The position numbers and the translations under genes were made by a program. The notes under the pieces were generated by a model. The model was not told the origin of the DNA, made no database searches, and saw only the letters and a list, made by a program, of their open reading frames with translations. Of a stretch of 63,634 nucleotides of DNA, positions 34,331-47,079 are shown piece after piece (within the stretch, counting starts at the first letter, position 1; each line of letters starts with the position of its first letter). Source of the stretch: Azolla caroliniana (lineage: Eukaryota > Plantae > Polypodiophyta); NCBI GenBank assembly GCA_043228905.1, contig JBHGNT010000161.1, forward strand, positions 1 through 63,634, given 5' to 3'.

Positions 34331-37300
34331 AAAGTCCTGCGGCTTTAAGTCTCTCGGCTTTGTTAACCTGACACTGGTGACATTTAGTCACATAGCTATG
34401 TATGTCAGGACGCATCTTAGGCCAATAAAATTGAGTGGAGATGAGAACGAGTGTACGATGTATTCCAGGGTGCCCTGCTGAGGGTGCATCATGGCATTCA
34501 AAAAGAATCCTCTTTTTGACCTCGGGTAAATCTGGAACACAAACCTTCCCATTACGGTAGAGCAAACCGTTAGCAATGTGGAAGTATTCCTTCGAGGATG
34601 TGGTGGTGTCTGTTCCAGACTCAACTCTTGCCCAGTATTTTGCGAAATAACTGTCATCAGGATACTTTCCTCGAAGGTGATCATAAAGATCTGATGATAT
34701 TGCAGTGAAGCTAAGCATGTTAACTTCACGGATGCGACTTAGTGCATCAGCGACAGTGTTCATGGAACCTTTACGATATCGTATGGAAAAATCAAAGTCC
34801 TGGATGAGATCAGCCCATCGTGCCTTACGACCTTTCAGGTCTTGTTGGTCACAAAAATATTTCAAGGACTCGTGGTCCGTAGTTACCACAAAGTGATTTC
34901 CATAAAGATAATGGCGCCATGTTTTGAGCGCATGTATAACTGCAAATAATTCCTTTTCTTGAACGGTATACCGACATTGAGCAGAATCAAGTTTCTTACT
35001 CTCGAATGCTATTGGTTTACCATCTTGATACAAGACAGCACCTATAGCATAATCGCTTGCATCGGTTTCAACCTCAAAAGGTTTTGAAGGATCGGGTAAA
35101 AGAAGTGAAGGAGCCTTGCAAACCAGGTCCTTGAGTTCCTTAAAGGCAAGGTCTATTGTAGCATTCCACACAATAGGTTTTGTAGACTTATGCGTTTGAC
35201 CTTTTAAAAGATCAGTAAACGGCGTCGTCAATTGGGAGTAATTACGAAGAGACTTTCGCAAAAACCCCACAAAACCAAGGAATGATCGAACTTCTCGAAT
35301 ATTCCGAAGAGTGGGCCAAAGCTTGATTTTCTCAATGCGAGAAGGATCAATTTCAACTCCTCGTTCGGTTATGAGATGTCCTAGATAAGTAATTGATTTC
35401 TTGAAGAACTCACATTTTGAGATCTTCGCATAAAACTGTTTGTCACGCAATGTTTGTAAAACAAAGCGGACATGTCTAGCATGTTCTTGTAATGTACGGC
35501 TATAAACTAAAATATCATCCAAGAAAATAACGACAAATTTTCCAAGTTGTTCTCGGAAAATGTCATTCATTTCTTGTTGAAAAGTAGCCGGAGCATTGGT
35601 CAAACCAAAAGGCATAACCAAAAATTCGTAATGGCCATAGCGCGTATGAAATGCCGTTTTAGGAACATCGTCCTCACTTATTCGTATTTGATGGTAGCCA
35701 GTACGGAGATCAAGTTTCGTAAAATACCGAGCTCCCTGGAGACGGTCAATTAGATCGTCAGCCCGGGGCAATGGATACGAATTCTTGATCGTCACTTTAT
35801 TCAAGCGTCGGTAATTAATACACATACGCCATGTGCCCTCTTTCTTTTTAACCAAGAGAACTGGTGCACCCCATGGAGATTTACTATAACGTATATAACC
35901 CATTCGTAAATAGTCCTTGAGTTGCTTAGATACCTCATCTTCTTCGGATCGACTTAAGCGATACGGAGGTATACTTATTGGTGCAACACCAGGTACAATA
36001 TTTATACGATGGTCTATATTACGTTTAGGAGGTAACCCATCAGGTAGTTCACTTGGAAAAACATCATGAAAATCATTTAAGATTTCATCAAGTTGTTGTT
36101 GTTCAAAATATGTTAATTGAATCGGGACATTATCGATATTGTAAACGTGAATGTCCGGATCAAGTACACAATAAAATAACGTAGAACAAGACAACTCGGA
36201 TATTGATGGACACGAGGAAACAATCGAGAGGGATTGTTTTTTTACACATTGAATAAAATGCGTACAATCGTTCAGTACAAAAGAAATGGAATGACGAACC
36301 CAATCAATAAATAAAGAAGAGTTTTTATTATAAAACCAGGGATAACCCAGTATTACATCGGTGGTACAAAGATTCATTACATGGAAGTCTACTTCCTCTA
36401 TATAAGTATCAATAGAAATTCCTAATGAATGAATCGCCCCGTTGATGTATTGTACTCTTCCATCAGCCAAGTGCACCGTGTAGGTGTGATCACTTACGGT
36501 GGGTTGGATTCCCCATATCTGAACCAAACGATCATTCACAAAATTGTGTGAGCTTCCCGAATCAAATAAAAATTGTACGGGAGATCCATTGATATACTCG
36601 TTTGCACGTAGTAAATCATTGGGACCCAATACATAGTGAGGGAAAGAACATTGACAATTACTTAAATGGTGTGTATAGACCTGAAGGACATTAGGAATCT
36701 GACCTTTATGGTCTGCAGCTTTAGCTTTGTTGTCGTGCTCTTTCCGCTGGAGCTTTCGACATTGATCTTTTGTATGACCCTTCTTTTTGCAGAATACACA
36801 AAAAGGATGTTGTCGCTTACAATCGCGATCTAGGAATTCGTTGGGTGTCTTGCGTTTCCCAACAAATTGCGACTGCTTAGTCCCGGGCGCTTCGTTGGGT
36901 TTGTTATGGTCCTTCTTCGAAGTGTGTTGATAGCGAAGAACTATTTCAACGGCCTCTTCGAAGGATTTTGGATCCTTATCGTGCACTATCCAGTGATAGT
37001 CCGAATTGGGGATGCCATTGACAAAACAAGCTATCAACCAATTGTCCCCTTCTAGACCCGATTTTTGGATTTGGGTTCTAGCATGGTGAACATAGTCTTC
37101 TAGTGAGGAAAATTTCCTGCTAGAGAGGTTCATTAAAGCTTGTGCTGCCTCGGTTCGAGAGGGAGGTTGCAGAAATTGGCCCTTAAAAACCGTGACAAAA
37201 TCTGTCCAGGTATCGAGCAATTTCCCCATAGTACGGAGGCCACGCCACCAGGCGGCGGCCTTACCCCCGAGTTCTCGGCCGACATATGCAATCTTCGTAC

Positions 37301-37637
37301 TATCTGGCGTGGGATAGAGCTCAAAATGAGACTCCCATCGTCCCAGCCATGTGCAGATTGCTTCTTCGGTTCTTTCCTTTTTGTCTCCCGTAAATGGCTT
37401 AACGACAAATGATGGTTCACCTTGTCGCTCATCAGGTCTATTAGTCTCATGTTGTAGACTAATGACACGTGCCTCAAGAGCACTCTGAGATTGCCGAAGT
37501 TCGGTCATCTGTTGAGCGGTGAAACTAAGGTATTGGGTTATTTGTGCCAAATACATCTCAGTGGACATTTGTCCAGGAGGATTCCCTTGAGTTCCTTCCG
37601 CTTGAGCGGATGACATCGGGTCGTTAATTTGAGCCAT
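34331..37637 (-). CDS. Gypsy Gag-PR-RT-RNaseH-INT(N) polyprotein, cut by the Copia-3 insertion
   Basis: [34 protein letters not shown] and HHCC. The last codons of the listed ORF (to 34284) read into the Copia-3 LTR. Confidence 0.93.
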
Positions 37638-39786
37638 TAAAGATTATTTCTGGAAAAGAAATAGGATAAGGTCAGAGATATAGTCATAACATCATGTCGT
37701 GATGTAAACATATCATGGGCGAGCATTAATCGATATCATTATCTCACGTCAATACCCCTCTAGACGTATGAGATGAGGTTCAAGATCAGGTTACTATGGT
37801 AACACAAAGGTGTTTTAAAAACCATGGGGGTGACAAATAAATGTCTTTCCCTGATCTCTATATCGATTTTTTCATGGTGGCTCCCCGAGGCTCAACCATG
37901 TATGTTCGCGTCATGAATAGTTTATACACGAAAAAAAATGTTAACAATAAACTATGTTTCGGTGCCCACATAAGTGGTTTCGGCTCTTTAAGTCCTATTA
38001 CGAGGACCCCGAGGTGCACTTAGACCTTAAGTCTAAACATGTGTTATAGTCATATGTATCAAGGATGTTGTATGGTCTTGGTCATATTTGAACTCGAGAC
38101 CTCGAGAACAAATACATTAAACACTTGAGCCAACCAAGTAAGTTGCTCTTCTCGAATGCTTAATGTTTGATGCGTATAAGAGATATGCGAGGCAATTGAT
38201 CATATATGTTTTTTTAAAAGAACATATATGTCAAGGGTCCTTATTTCGCCCTCATTTACCAAAACTATGTTGGTACGTTACCTATCCTCAAGTCTCGTAA
38301 TTACGATGGCATACGCCAAAGTGCAACCTAATGGTGAAGCCAAATGAGCCCTTGTTTCGTAGTAGGCTCACGTGGGCCATCACATGGTCACGTCATTACG
38401 AATGCCTCTCGTAAGAACGAGCTCATGGTGGCATCGTATCCATGTAACGAGGGAGGGATGTTGGATACGTGCGTCATTGGAGCGACCTCACTTGAAGTGG
38501 GTCAAGCCCTACGTACTCAACATCATTTTGGCTATTGGCGTTTCTTTACGTAACGAAATCGAGGTCATCAACGGGGTTATCAACAATAAAAAAATGTTGA
38601 AAAAGGGATGGTGACAACGCCATTCTCACAAAAATGTAAGGACGGCCACCAACATCCTTTTCCCGACCATGACAACTTTCGATATAATCACGTAATAACG
38701 AATATACACATATGTTTACTTATCACATATATACGATCAAATACGTATATATGTGACCACATATGCCTATATTAAACATATCGTTATAGTAAATAGCCAC
38801 AAATGATGTGATCGAGATACGTAATCGAGGTATATACCTCTACGCACACGAAACATCCACAAATAAGAGATCATCGTAATACGCAATGGAGGTATTGACC
38901 TCTTACGCATACGAGACCAAACACATATCGTTTACAACAAATCAAGGTATTAAACTCATACGCAAACGTAACATATGTTCGTGAACGTAATACGTAATTG
39001 AGGTATTAACCTCGTACGCATACGACACTCATCACATATTATTAATATGTCAAACGAGGTATTGACCTCGTGCACATATGTAAACGTTTTAGATAATCAA
39101 TTAAAGACCACTACAACATCATTGACTTAATGAAAAAAATTACATATAAACTAAACACATGATTAGATGGGAGAAGAGAGAATAGAAAGAAAAATTATGG
39201 AAAGAGTTACCGAAGTTCTTTGTTGATCGTTGTCTGGATCAAGGCCAACCGCACAACGATCGATCAGCATCAATCAAAAGACAAATGAAAAACAAAGAAA
39301 CATTAGTACAAAAATCTGATACCAAATATTATAGATCTAGGTACTAAAGTAAGCTTAAGATAAGGATAAAGAAATGAAAGATAGAAAGGAGAAAGAGAAA
39401 GAAGGGTGCCAATCCACCCGACCACCCTCGAGCGAAGGGATCGAGACGGACTCGAGCCTCGATCGGCGTCCCATACCACCGCCGTGGCGTCGAGTCGTAC
39501 CTGGTGCTGGCGCGCTCGCTACAAGAGTTGACCCACCACACGAGCAGAGTCTCGATGTAGTCAAAAGATGATCCAATGAGGGTAGCTAGGCCTCTTATTT
39601 ATAGCGATACCCAAGGCCCCCAGGCAAGTTCACACTTGACTTAATGGGTTGTCTCAATCCCGAGGATTAAAAGTAATCCTCCCCTTCTTTACACTCTCAT
39701 TTAACCCTCACACTTATCCACGTGTATAGAATACTACGGTAAATTCTTACCATGGGATATTATATGGTCATGCCCGTAACAGGAAA

Positions 39787-39947
39787 TATAAGAACAATAA
39801 AGTAAAACAAAAAATTATGGTCGAACAAGAATGGCTTCCACTTAGCAACAAATATGAACTCTTAACCTTAGAATACAATGAAAACATAACTAATGAAAGG
39901 GAAGCAAGATCGAAGGCAAATTTGGAGAGAAACTATGTTAGAGCTAT
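39787..39947 (+). mobile_element. LINE ORF1 segment between the Gypsy and Copia-4 insertions
   Basis: Lies between the Gypsy right TSD and the Copia-4 left TSD and is A-rich on + like the flanking LINE parts; PLSNKYELL-like motif. Confidence 0.6.
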
Positions 39948-42900
39948 TGTAAAGAATCGACAGTGATTCTTGTGCAGCGGAATAGGTTAGAGATGTGTGT
40001 TATGTAGACAGAGAAAGAGAGAAAGAGGAGAGAAGAGAAACACAAGATAGATAGAATAGACAATGGAAAATACTCAAGAAGATTGTATATTACAAAGGAG
40101 ATTAACCGACCTATTACAAAGTAGGAGGCGAGTGCTTTATATAGCCACTCTCTCTCTTCATTAACTATTGAAGCTCATGAGTCATGGGGAACGTGGAAAC
40201 TCATTAGTTATGTGTCATAGAATATGATTCTATGACACATAGTTAATGTGTAAAGAGTAGTGGTGTGACTTTTGAACTTTGACTGTTCATACACTCTCAA
40301 GGGCGTGTTCACACACTAGGCTAGGTTGAGCTTGATTCTCAACATGCCCCCTCAAGCTCAACTTGGGTCGGCTTGTCCGCTTCGGCTAGTACCCAATTCG
40401 AACGATATTCAGTTCTCTCTGTTTGGTGTTTGCTTCGGCTGATACCCGGTTCAGACGTACTCCCCCTCAAGCTTGGCAAGTCATGGATCATCAATCCAAG
40501 GTCTAACATGAATTGCCGAAGCTTGTCGACTCCTAGGGCTTTGGTGAAGATGTCGATTGTTTGAAGATTCGTGTTGATGTGTTGAAGGTCGACATCTCTA
40601 GCCTGAACGCGCTCTCAAATGAAGTAATACTGCACTTCGATATGCTTCCTGCGTGCGTGGAACACTAGGTTCTGAACCAGATGAATATTGCTCATGTTCT
40701 CACAGTAAAGGGGAATCAGATCTTTGATGGGAGCACCCAAATCCTTCAATATCCTCTTGAGCCATACGGCTTCACATGCAGCCACTGTCGCGCCCCTGTA
40801 TTCGGCCCCTGTGCTCGAAAGCGCAGTGGTGGGTTGCTTCTTGCTACTCCAGGAGATGGTTCCACTTCCGAGGGAAAAGACAAAACCAGAGGTTGATCGT
40901 CGATTGGCTTTGTAGCCGGCCCAATTGGCATCTGTGTACCCTTCGAGTTGAATTAGCATGGCCGACTTATAGAGAATACCATAGTCCATCGTTCCGCTCA
41001 CATATTGTAGCACTCGCTTAGCACAATCCAAATGGATATCTCGCGGAGTTTGCATGAATTGGCTAAGGAGGCCGACCGGATAGCTGAGGTCGGGTCGAGT
41101 GATCATGAGGTAGATGAGGCTACCAACAAGTTGTCGATAGTGTGTTGGCTCACACTCTGTGGTGCCAGAATTGGCATCCAGTTTGAGGTTTCGATCAAGA
41201 GGGGTTGCCACATATTTGCACTCGGTCATCCCGAACTTGTATGACAAGTTAGGTATGTAGTGCCGTTGAGAGATCATTACTCCGATTGGAGTCTGGATTA
41301 CCTCAATGCCAAGGAAGTAATGGAGCTCTTTCATGTTTTTCATCTCGAATTTGTTGGAGAGGAGGGACTTGACCTTGTTGATGTCAACTAGATGCTCACC
41401 TCCAATGACCAGATCATCCACATATAGGATGATGACAATCGGACTTTCGGAATCACTTCTTACATAGAGAGAATTGTCAAATTTTGACATTCGGAAGCTG
41501 ATTCGATGAAGATATTGTGTTATCTTCGAGTGTCAAGCACGTGGTGCTTGCTTAAGGCCGTAGAGAGGCTTCTTGAGTTGGCAGACGGCTTTCGGATGAA
41601 TATTGGATTCGAAGCCGAGTGGTTGTTACCATGTACACATCCTCTTCTAATGCTCCTTGAAGAAAGGCGTTCTTGACATCCATCTGGTGGAGGTGCCACC
41701 CTTTTGCTGCAGCAAGCGTTATCACGGTCTGTGCGGTTGTCATCTTTGCCACCGGGGCAAAGGTCTCTTCATAGTCGACTCCCTGTGTTTGTGTGTAGCC
41801 CTTTGCTACGAGTCGAGCTTTGTAGCGGTTGACGGAACCGTCAGCATTATACTTCACTTTGTATATCCATTTGCAACCGATTGCCATCTTGTGCGGTGAG
41901 TGAGGGACAAGATCCCATGTCTCATTCTTGCTGAGAGCTTGCATCTCTTCGTTCATCGCTTCGACCCATCGCGGATCTTTAGCGGCTTCGGCAAAGCTCT
42001 CTGGTTCTCGAACTGCTACCACCTTCATCATAAAGGCATAGTGGTATGCCATATAGTCGTTGTAGTTGAATCGGCTAACCGGATTCTTCTCTCAGGTGGA
42101 GCAACAAAGTTTCTCATTTGCCGATGTGAGTTATTTCTTAACTCCGGGTGACCTCAAAAGAGGCACATCAAATCCATCGAACTCACTATCGAGTGAGTGA
42201 GTCGATTCGTTGTCGTCGAAGTGATTGTCATCATATTCCGGCATTTTGGCCTTCCCTTTGTCTATCTTTGGACTTGGTAGAGATATGCTTTGGTTGTTCG
42301 GAGGCTCTTGTGGTTCGCTTAATCTAGTTGAGATCGGACTCTCTTCGAGTATTGACCTTAGTTGATCATCGTCTTCTGTGTTGTCAAGGTCGTTCGTAGA
42401 TGGTTCAGGAGGAGTCAGCTCAGGTTTGTACCATGATGTCGATTCGTCAAAGATGACATCCTGACTTACACGAGCTTTCCAAGTAGAGGGGTTGAAGCAC
42501 TTGTACCCCTTTTGCTCTAGTGAGTACCCCATGAGGATGCACTTCTCTGATTTTGGGTCAAGCTTCTTCCGCTTCTCATCGGGAATGTGCACGTATGCAA
42601 TGGAGCCGAATATCCTTGTATGGGATAGATCCGGCTTCTTCCCATAGTATTTCTCGTGCGGGGTGACCTCGTGCACTCCGGATGGTGTGCACCAGTTCAT
42701 AAGGTAGACGTCGGTATTTGCAGCTTCTGCCCAATATGACTTGGGCATATGCTTCTCATTTAGCATGGCCCTTGCTACTTTGAGTATGTGCCGATTCTTG
42801 CGTTTGGATACACCGTTCTGTTGCAGTGTGTGTCGGCAAGTGAATTCTCTGCGAATTCCTTCTTGTCGAAGGTATGCCATGAATGCATCGGAGAAGTATT

Positions 42901-45900
42901 CCCTTCCTCCGTCTGACCGAATACATCGTACATGGTGGCCAATTGTCTTTTCGACTTCACTTTTGAAGTTTTGGAAGTGTGTAAACACTTCACTCTTCAT
43001 CCTCATGGGAAAGATCCATGTGTATCTAGAGAAGTTGTCAATGAAGGTAACATAGTACTGACATCCTCCGAATGTTGTTGTCTGTGCCAGTCCCCACACA
43101 TCCGAGTGGACTACATCCAATAGGCCTTTGCTCACATTCCTCTCCTTCAAGAATGGGTGCCGGTGTTGCTTGCCAAATTGGCATGCTCCACATACTCCTT
43201 CAATCTCTTTCTCTTTGAACATCGGAAGTCCAATGACGACTCCTTTCGATTGCATCACCTTGAGTTTGTTGAGATTGATATGGCTGATTCTTTTATGCCA
43301 TAGCTCTATGTCGGTGTCGGGTTTGAGGCCCTTTGCAAACATGGCCAATTTTACCTCATTCGCTTCAAGGATAAACATTCGGCCTTCCCGTCAACCACAA
43401 GCAATTAGTCAGCCTTCCTTCTTGATGAAGCAACCACCTTGGTTGAATCGAATTTGCATCCCTTGCTCCACAATTTGGCCGACCGAGACCAAATTCTTTG
43501 TTATGGTGGGTACATGTAAGACGTTTTTTATGCAAGTTTGTTTGTCGTCTTTCCCGAATGGGACATTGCCGACATGCCGAATCGGATGAGTGGTGTCGTC
43601 TTTGGTCTCGACATAACCGGGTCAATGCAGCTCTTGTAAGTCTCAGAACCATTATTGATGAGACGTCATATGGTTTGAAGCACCGGAGTCGACAAACCAT
43701 ACATCTTCCGGATTGGAGGCATTAGTCGAAGTGGACATCAACATAGAATTTGCTCTATGTCTCATCGCGAACATTTTGCCATGGTCTTCATAGTCCGAGT
43801 TTGTGGCGTAATTTGTGAGTTGTCAATTCACGATTCTTCTTTCTTCACTCTTCTTCGTGGTGGCCGATTTTGCCACAATATCTGCATTCGATCGAGGAAT
43901 GGAAGCTCCCCCTTCTTCTGAAGGTTCCTCGATGGCTTCCGTCTTGTTGCCGAACTTGAGAGTTGTTTTCATAAGTCGGACCTCGTCCTTGGCCGAATCG
44001 GCCTCTTGCTAGGCCACGTCCTCTTCCTCCGTTTGAATGTGTGTAGAGCATGTGGCTTTCCGAGGCGTTGCTCCTCGTTCGAACATGATTTTCTTCAACC
44101 AACAACATGGATTGAAGATCAAAGAAAGAGGGAGGATTCTCCCTTGCTAGTACGACGGTCCTCATTGCACCGAACTGTGGTGCAAGGTTGCCGAGGCATA
44201 TTTGCACCATCTCATCATCCTCCACATTGACGCTTATTGAGCTGAGTGAATCACAAAGCTATTTGATCTTCAAAGTGTAGCTTGTGATGGACATGTCCCA
44301 TTGTTGGATGTTGTTCAACTCTTGGCGGAGTTGAAGCTTGCATGTGGTCGTATTGGCGGCGAATATCTTCCTTAGATTCTCCCATACTTCTTTTGGTCTC
44401 GTGGCTTCTTGAATGTAGTTGAGCATGTGGTCATGAACTGTAGAAACAAATAGCGTGCGGAAGCAATAGAAAACAGAAAACAGAAAACAGGTTTAATGGA
44501 GAGCTTAACAGTACGCAGGAGAGACAGAGAGAGAGAGCACACAAAAACTCAATTCAGAAATACTACTCAGTCTGTACATCGTATGTGTTTAGTGTCAACA
44601 CTCCCCCTCAAGCTCAACTTGAGGTCAGATCGTAGTGTCAGTCCCCATGGCAGCCGGTCCATCCACCCGGCTCATTCTGGCGTCACTCCGCCTTGCTCGC
44701 ACTCCTTGTCCGGTTCGGTCCCGTTTGCCACGACCCTTTTGTTTCTGCGCATCTCGACCTCCTTGGTCGTCTTGTCTACTCAACAAGCCCAAATCAGCTC
44801 CCTCGCTGCTGTGACTTCGGCGCTTGTCGACCCGCCGATTCCTTCATGTTGGCGTCAACTTTTGCTGCCATCTCGTCCTCTTGGCCTTGAATTGATCTGG
44901 TTCTTCCGAATCCGTCTGTTGAACCGAATCAGTTGTCTCCGATTCGTTCCAGCTCTTATCTGAATCAGTTGCTCCCGATTCGTCTTCCGGTTCTAGGCCC
45001 TTCACCACATCAGACCATGTCCGGGTCTTGGCCTTCTTCTTCCGGTCGGCTCTGTCCTTCTTGACTCTGCCGCCACTGCCGCTTGTTCCAACTTGTTCGG
45101 ATGTGTCAACTTCCTTTGTCGACTCGGCTCCTTTCTTCTTCTTGTCTCCCCCTTTGTCGGTTCTTCCCTCACCGGCGCAATCGGCAGTCTCTTTGCCATT
45201 GCCCGTTCCAGTGTCTTTGCCCATTCTCCCCCTAAAGTGTGGCACGTCGAGATGCTGAACACCAAGCATTTCAGTGAAGTGTTGCAACTTGTCTGATCCG
45301 AGTAGTTTGGTGAAGATGTCGGAAACTTGCCAATCCGTATGAACATACCGAAGTTCGACTTCACCGCTCAGGACACGCTCACGCACGAAGTGGTAGTGCA
45401 CTTCTATGTGCTTTGTGTGAGCATGGAATACGAGGTTCTTGGCGAGTTGCATGTTGCTGATGTTGTCACAGTAGATCAGGATCGGGGTTGGCACCTCGAT
45501 CCGCAGGTCCTGCAGCAAACGCCGAAGCCAAATGGCGTCACAAGTGACAACGGTAGCGCCCCGATATTCAGCCTCAGTGCTCTAAAGGGCCCCTATTGGT
45601 TGCTTTTTGCTGCTCCACGCAACAACCGCACGACAAATGGAAAACATATAGCCAGAGGTGGATCGGTGATCCGATGCATCGTCGGCCCAATCGGCATCGG
45701 TGTAGCCGACTAGCTCTTCGGTTATACCATGTCGGTATAAAAGTCCTTGTTCCTTCGTGCCGCTCACATATCAGAAAATTCGATGCGCGCACAAAAGGTG
45801 CTCCACGGTTGGCTTCTGCATATATTGGCTGATCACGCCGACCGGATAACTGATGTCAGGTCGGGTAATTGTTAGATATATAAGGCTTCCGACAATTTGC

Positions 45901-46352
45901 CGGAACTGTTTCTCATCGCAGGCCGATCCGGAGTCGGGATGAAGGTTCTGGTTCCGGTCCAGGGGTGTGGAGATCGGTCGGCATTCCGTCATGCCGAACT
46001 TGTACAACATATTCAACACATAGTGTCTTTGTGAGAGCAATATGCCGTCGGGGGTTTGGATCACCTCGATCCCAAGGAAATAGTGAAGGTCCCCCAGATC
46101 CTTCATCTCAAATGCGTTTGAAAGTTGGGACTTGACTCGGTTGATTTCATCGAGTCCGGGTCCGGTGATGACCAATTCATCAACATACAACAAGATGCAA
46201 ACCAGACCGTCCGGACCTTGCCGGATGAACAGTGAAGAGTCGGATTTGGAGGCCACAAACCCCATCTTACGCAATCGGTGCGTGATCTTCGCATTCCAAG
46301 CTCAGGGGGCTTGCTTCAGGCCATTAAGTGACTTCTTCAGCCTGCATACCGT

Positions 46353-47079
46353 TGTCGTGAAGATTTTCGTCCACAAGCGGAAACCCGAGCAAAGAGAGCC
46401 AAAGAGCGATGTGCAACGTTGCACACGTATATAATGTATTTGTAATAGTAATAAGGGTAAAGTGTATGGTGCTAGAAATGCCCCATAGGATCCCTAAGGT
46501 ATAAAGGTGATGTGATCTTGTGCGCACATCCACGCGAGAGAGAGAGAGAGAGAGAGGTATTATGCGGTACATAGGTACCTAGTTGTTTGTGTGGAGGTGG
46601 GAGTAAAGGGGCCATCAATCTCACCCTCCCCAAATCAAGGCAAATATCCCCTTTGAATGAAAGGGGATATTTTAGTCTCACTTTTGTAAACGGTCTTCCC
46701 TCCTTGTGCTATAAAAGGAGAGGGAAGGCACCATTGTGGGGGTTGCCTATTTTGAGTGTGCGAGGTATACCACATAGGTCGAGCGTTAGGGTTAGGGTTA
46801 GGGTTTCTTTATCTTTATCTTCATCTTCGTCGGTTAGGGTTTCGAGTAGTCGTTTGGTGCGGCCTATGCGGCCACCATTTTGTAATCGTTCATTTCGTTT
46901 TAATATATCTTGTTGATCATCTTGTCTCCATCTTCCTCTTGTTCGATCTAATCTCTTGTTCATTCTTCTTCTTCTTGAGCAAAGCTTCCATTCCATGTCC
47001 GATTCCTTCTCCTCTACTCCTTAGTCCAAGACCCCCCGTGGTCCCGCCCTTCTCCACGCACGCGTGTAGCAACGCGACA
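46353..47079. mobile_element. Solo LTR (727 bp) inserted in Copia-5 RT
   Basis: TGTCG..CGACA ends with a 4-bp TSD CCGT. Removing it restores the RT reading NKSTVC. Confidence 0.87.

Larger units (their letters stand above)
27318..39781 (-). mobile_element. Ty3/Gypsy chromovirus LTR retrotransposon
   Basis: 455-bp LTRs at 27318-27772 and 39327-39781 (about 8 transitions apart by eye). TSD GGAAA, PBS at 39314-39324, PPT next to 27773. Order Gag-PR-RT-RH-INT-chromodomain. Confidence 0.96.
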
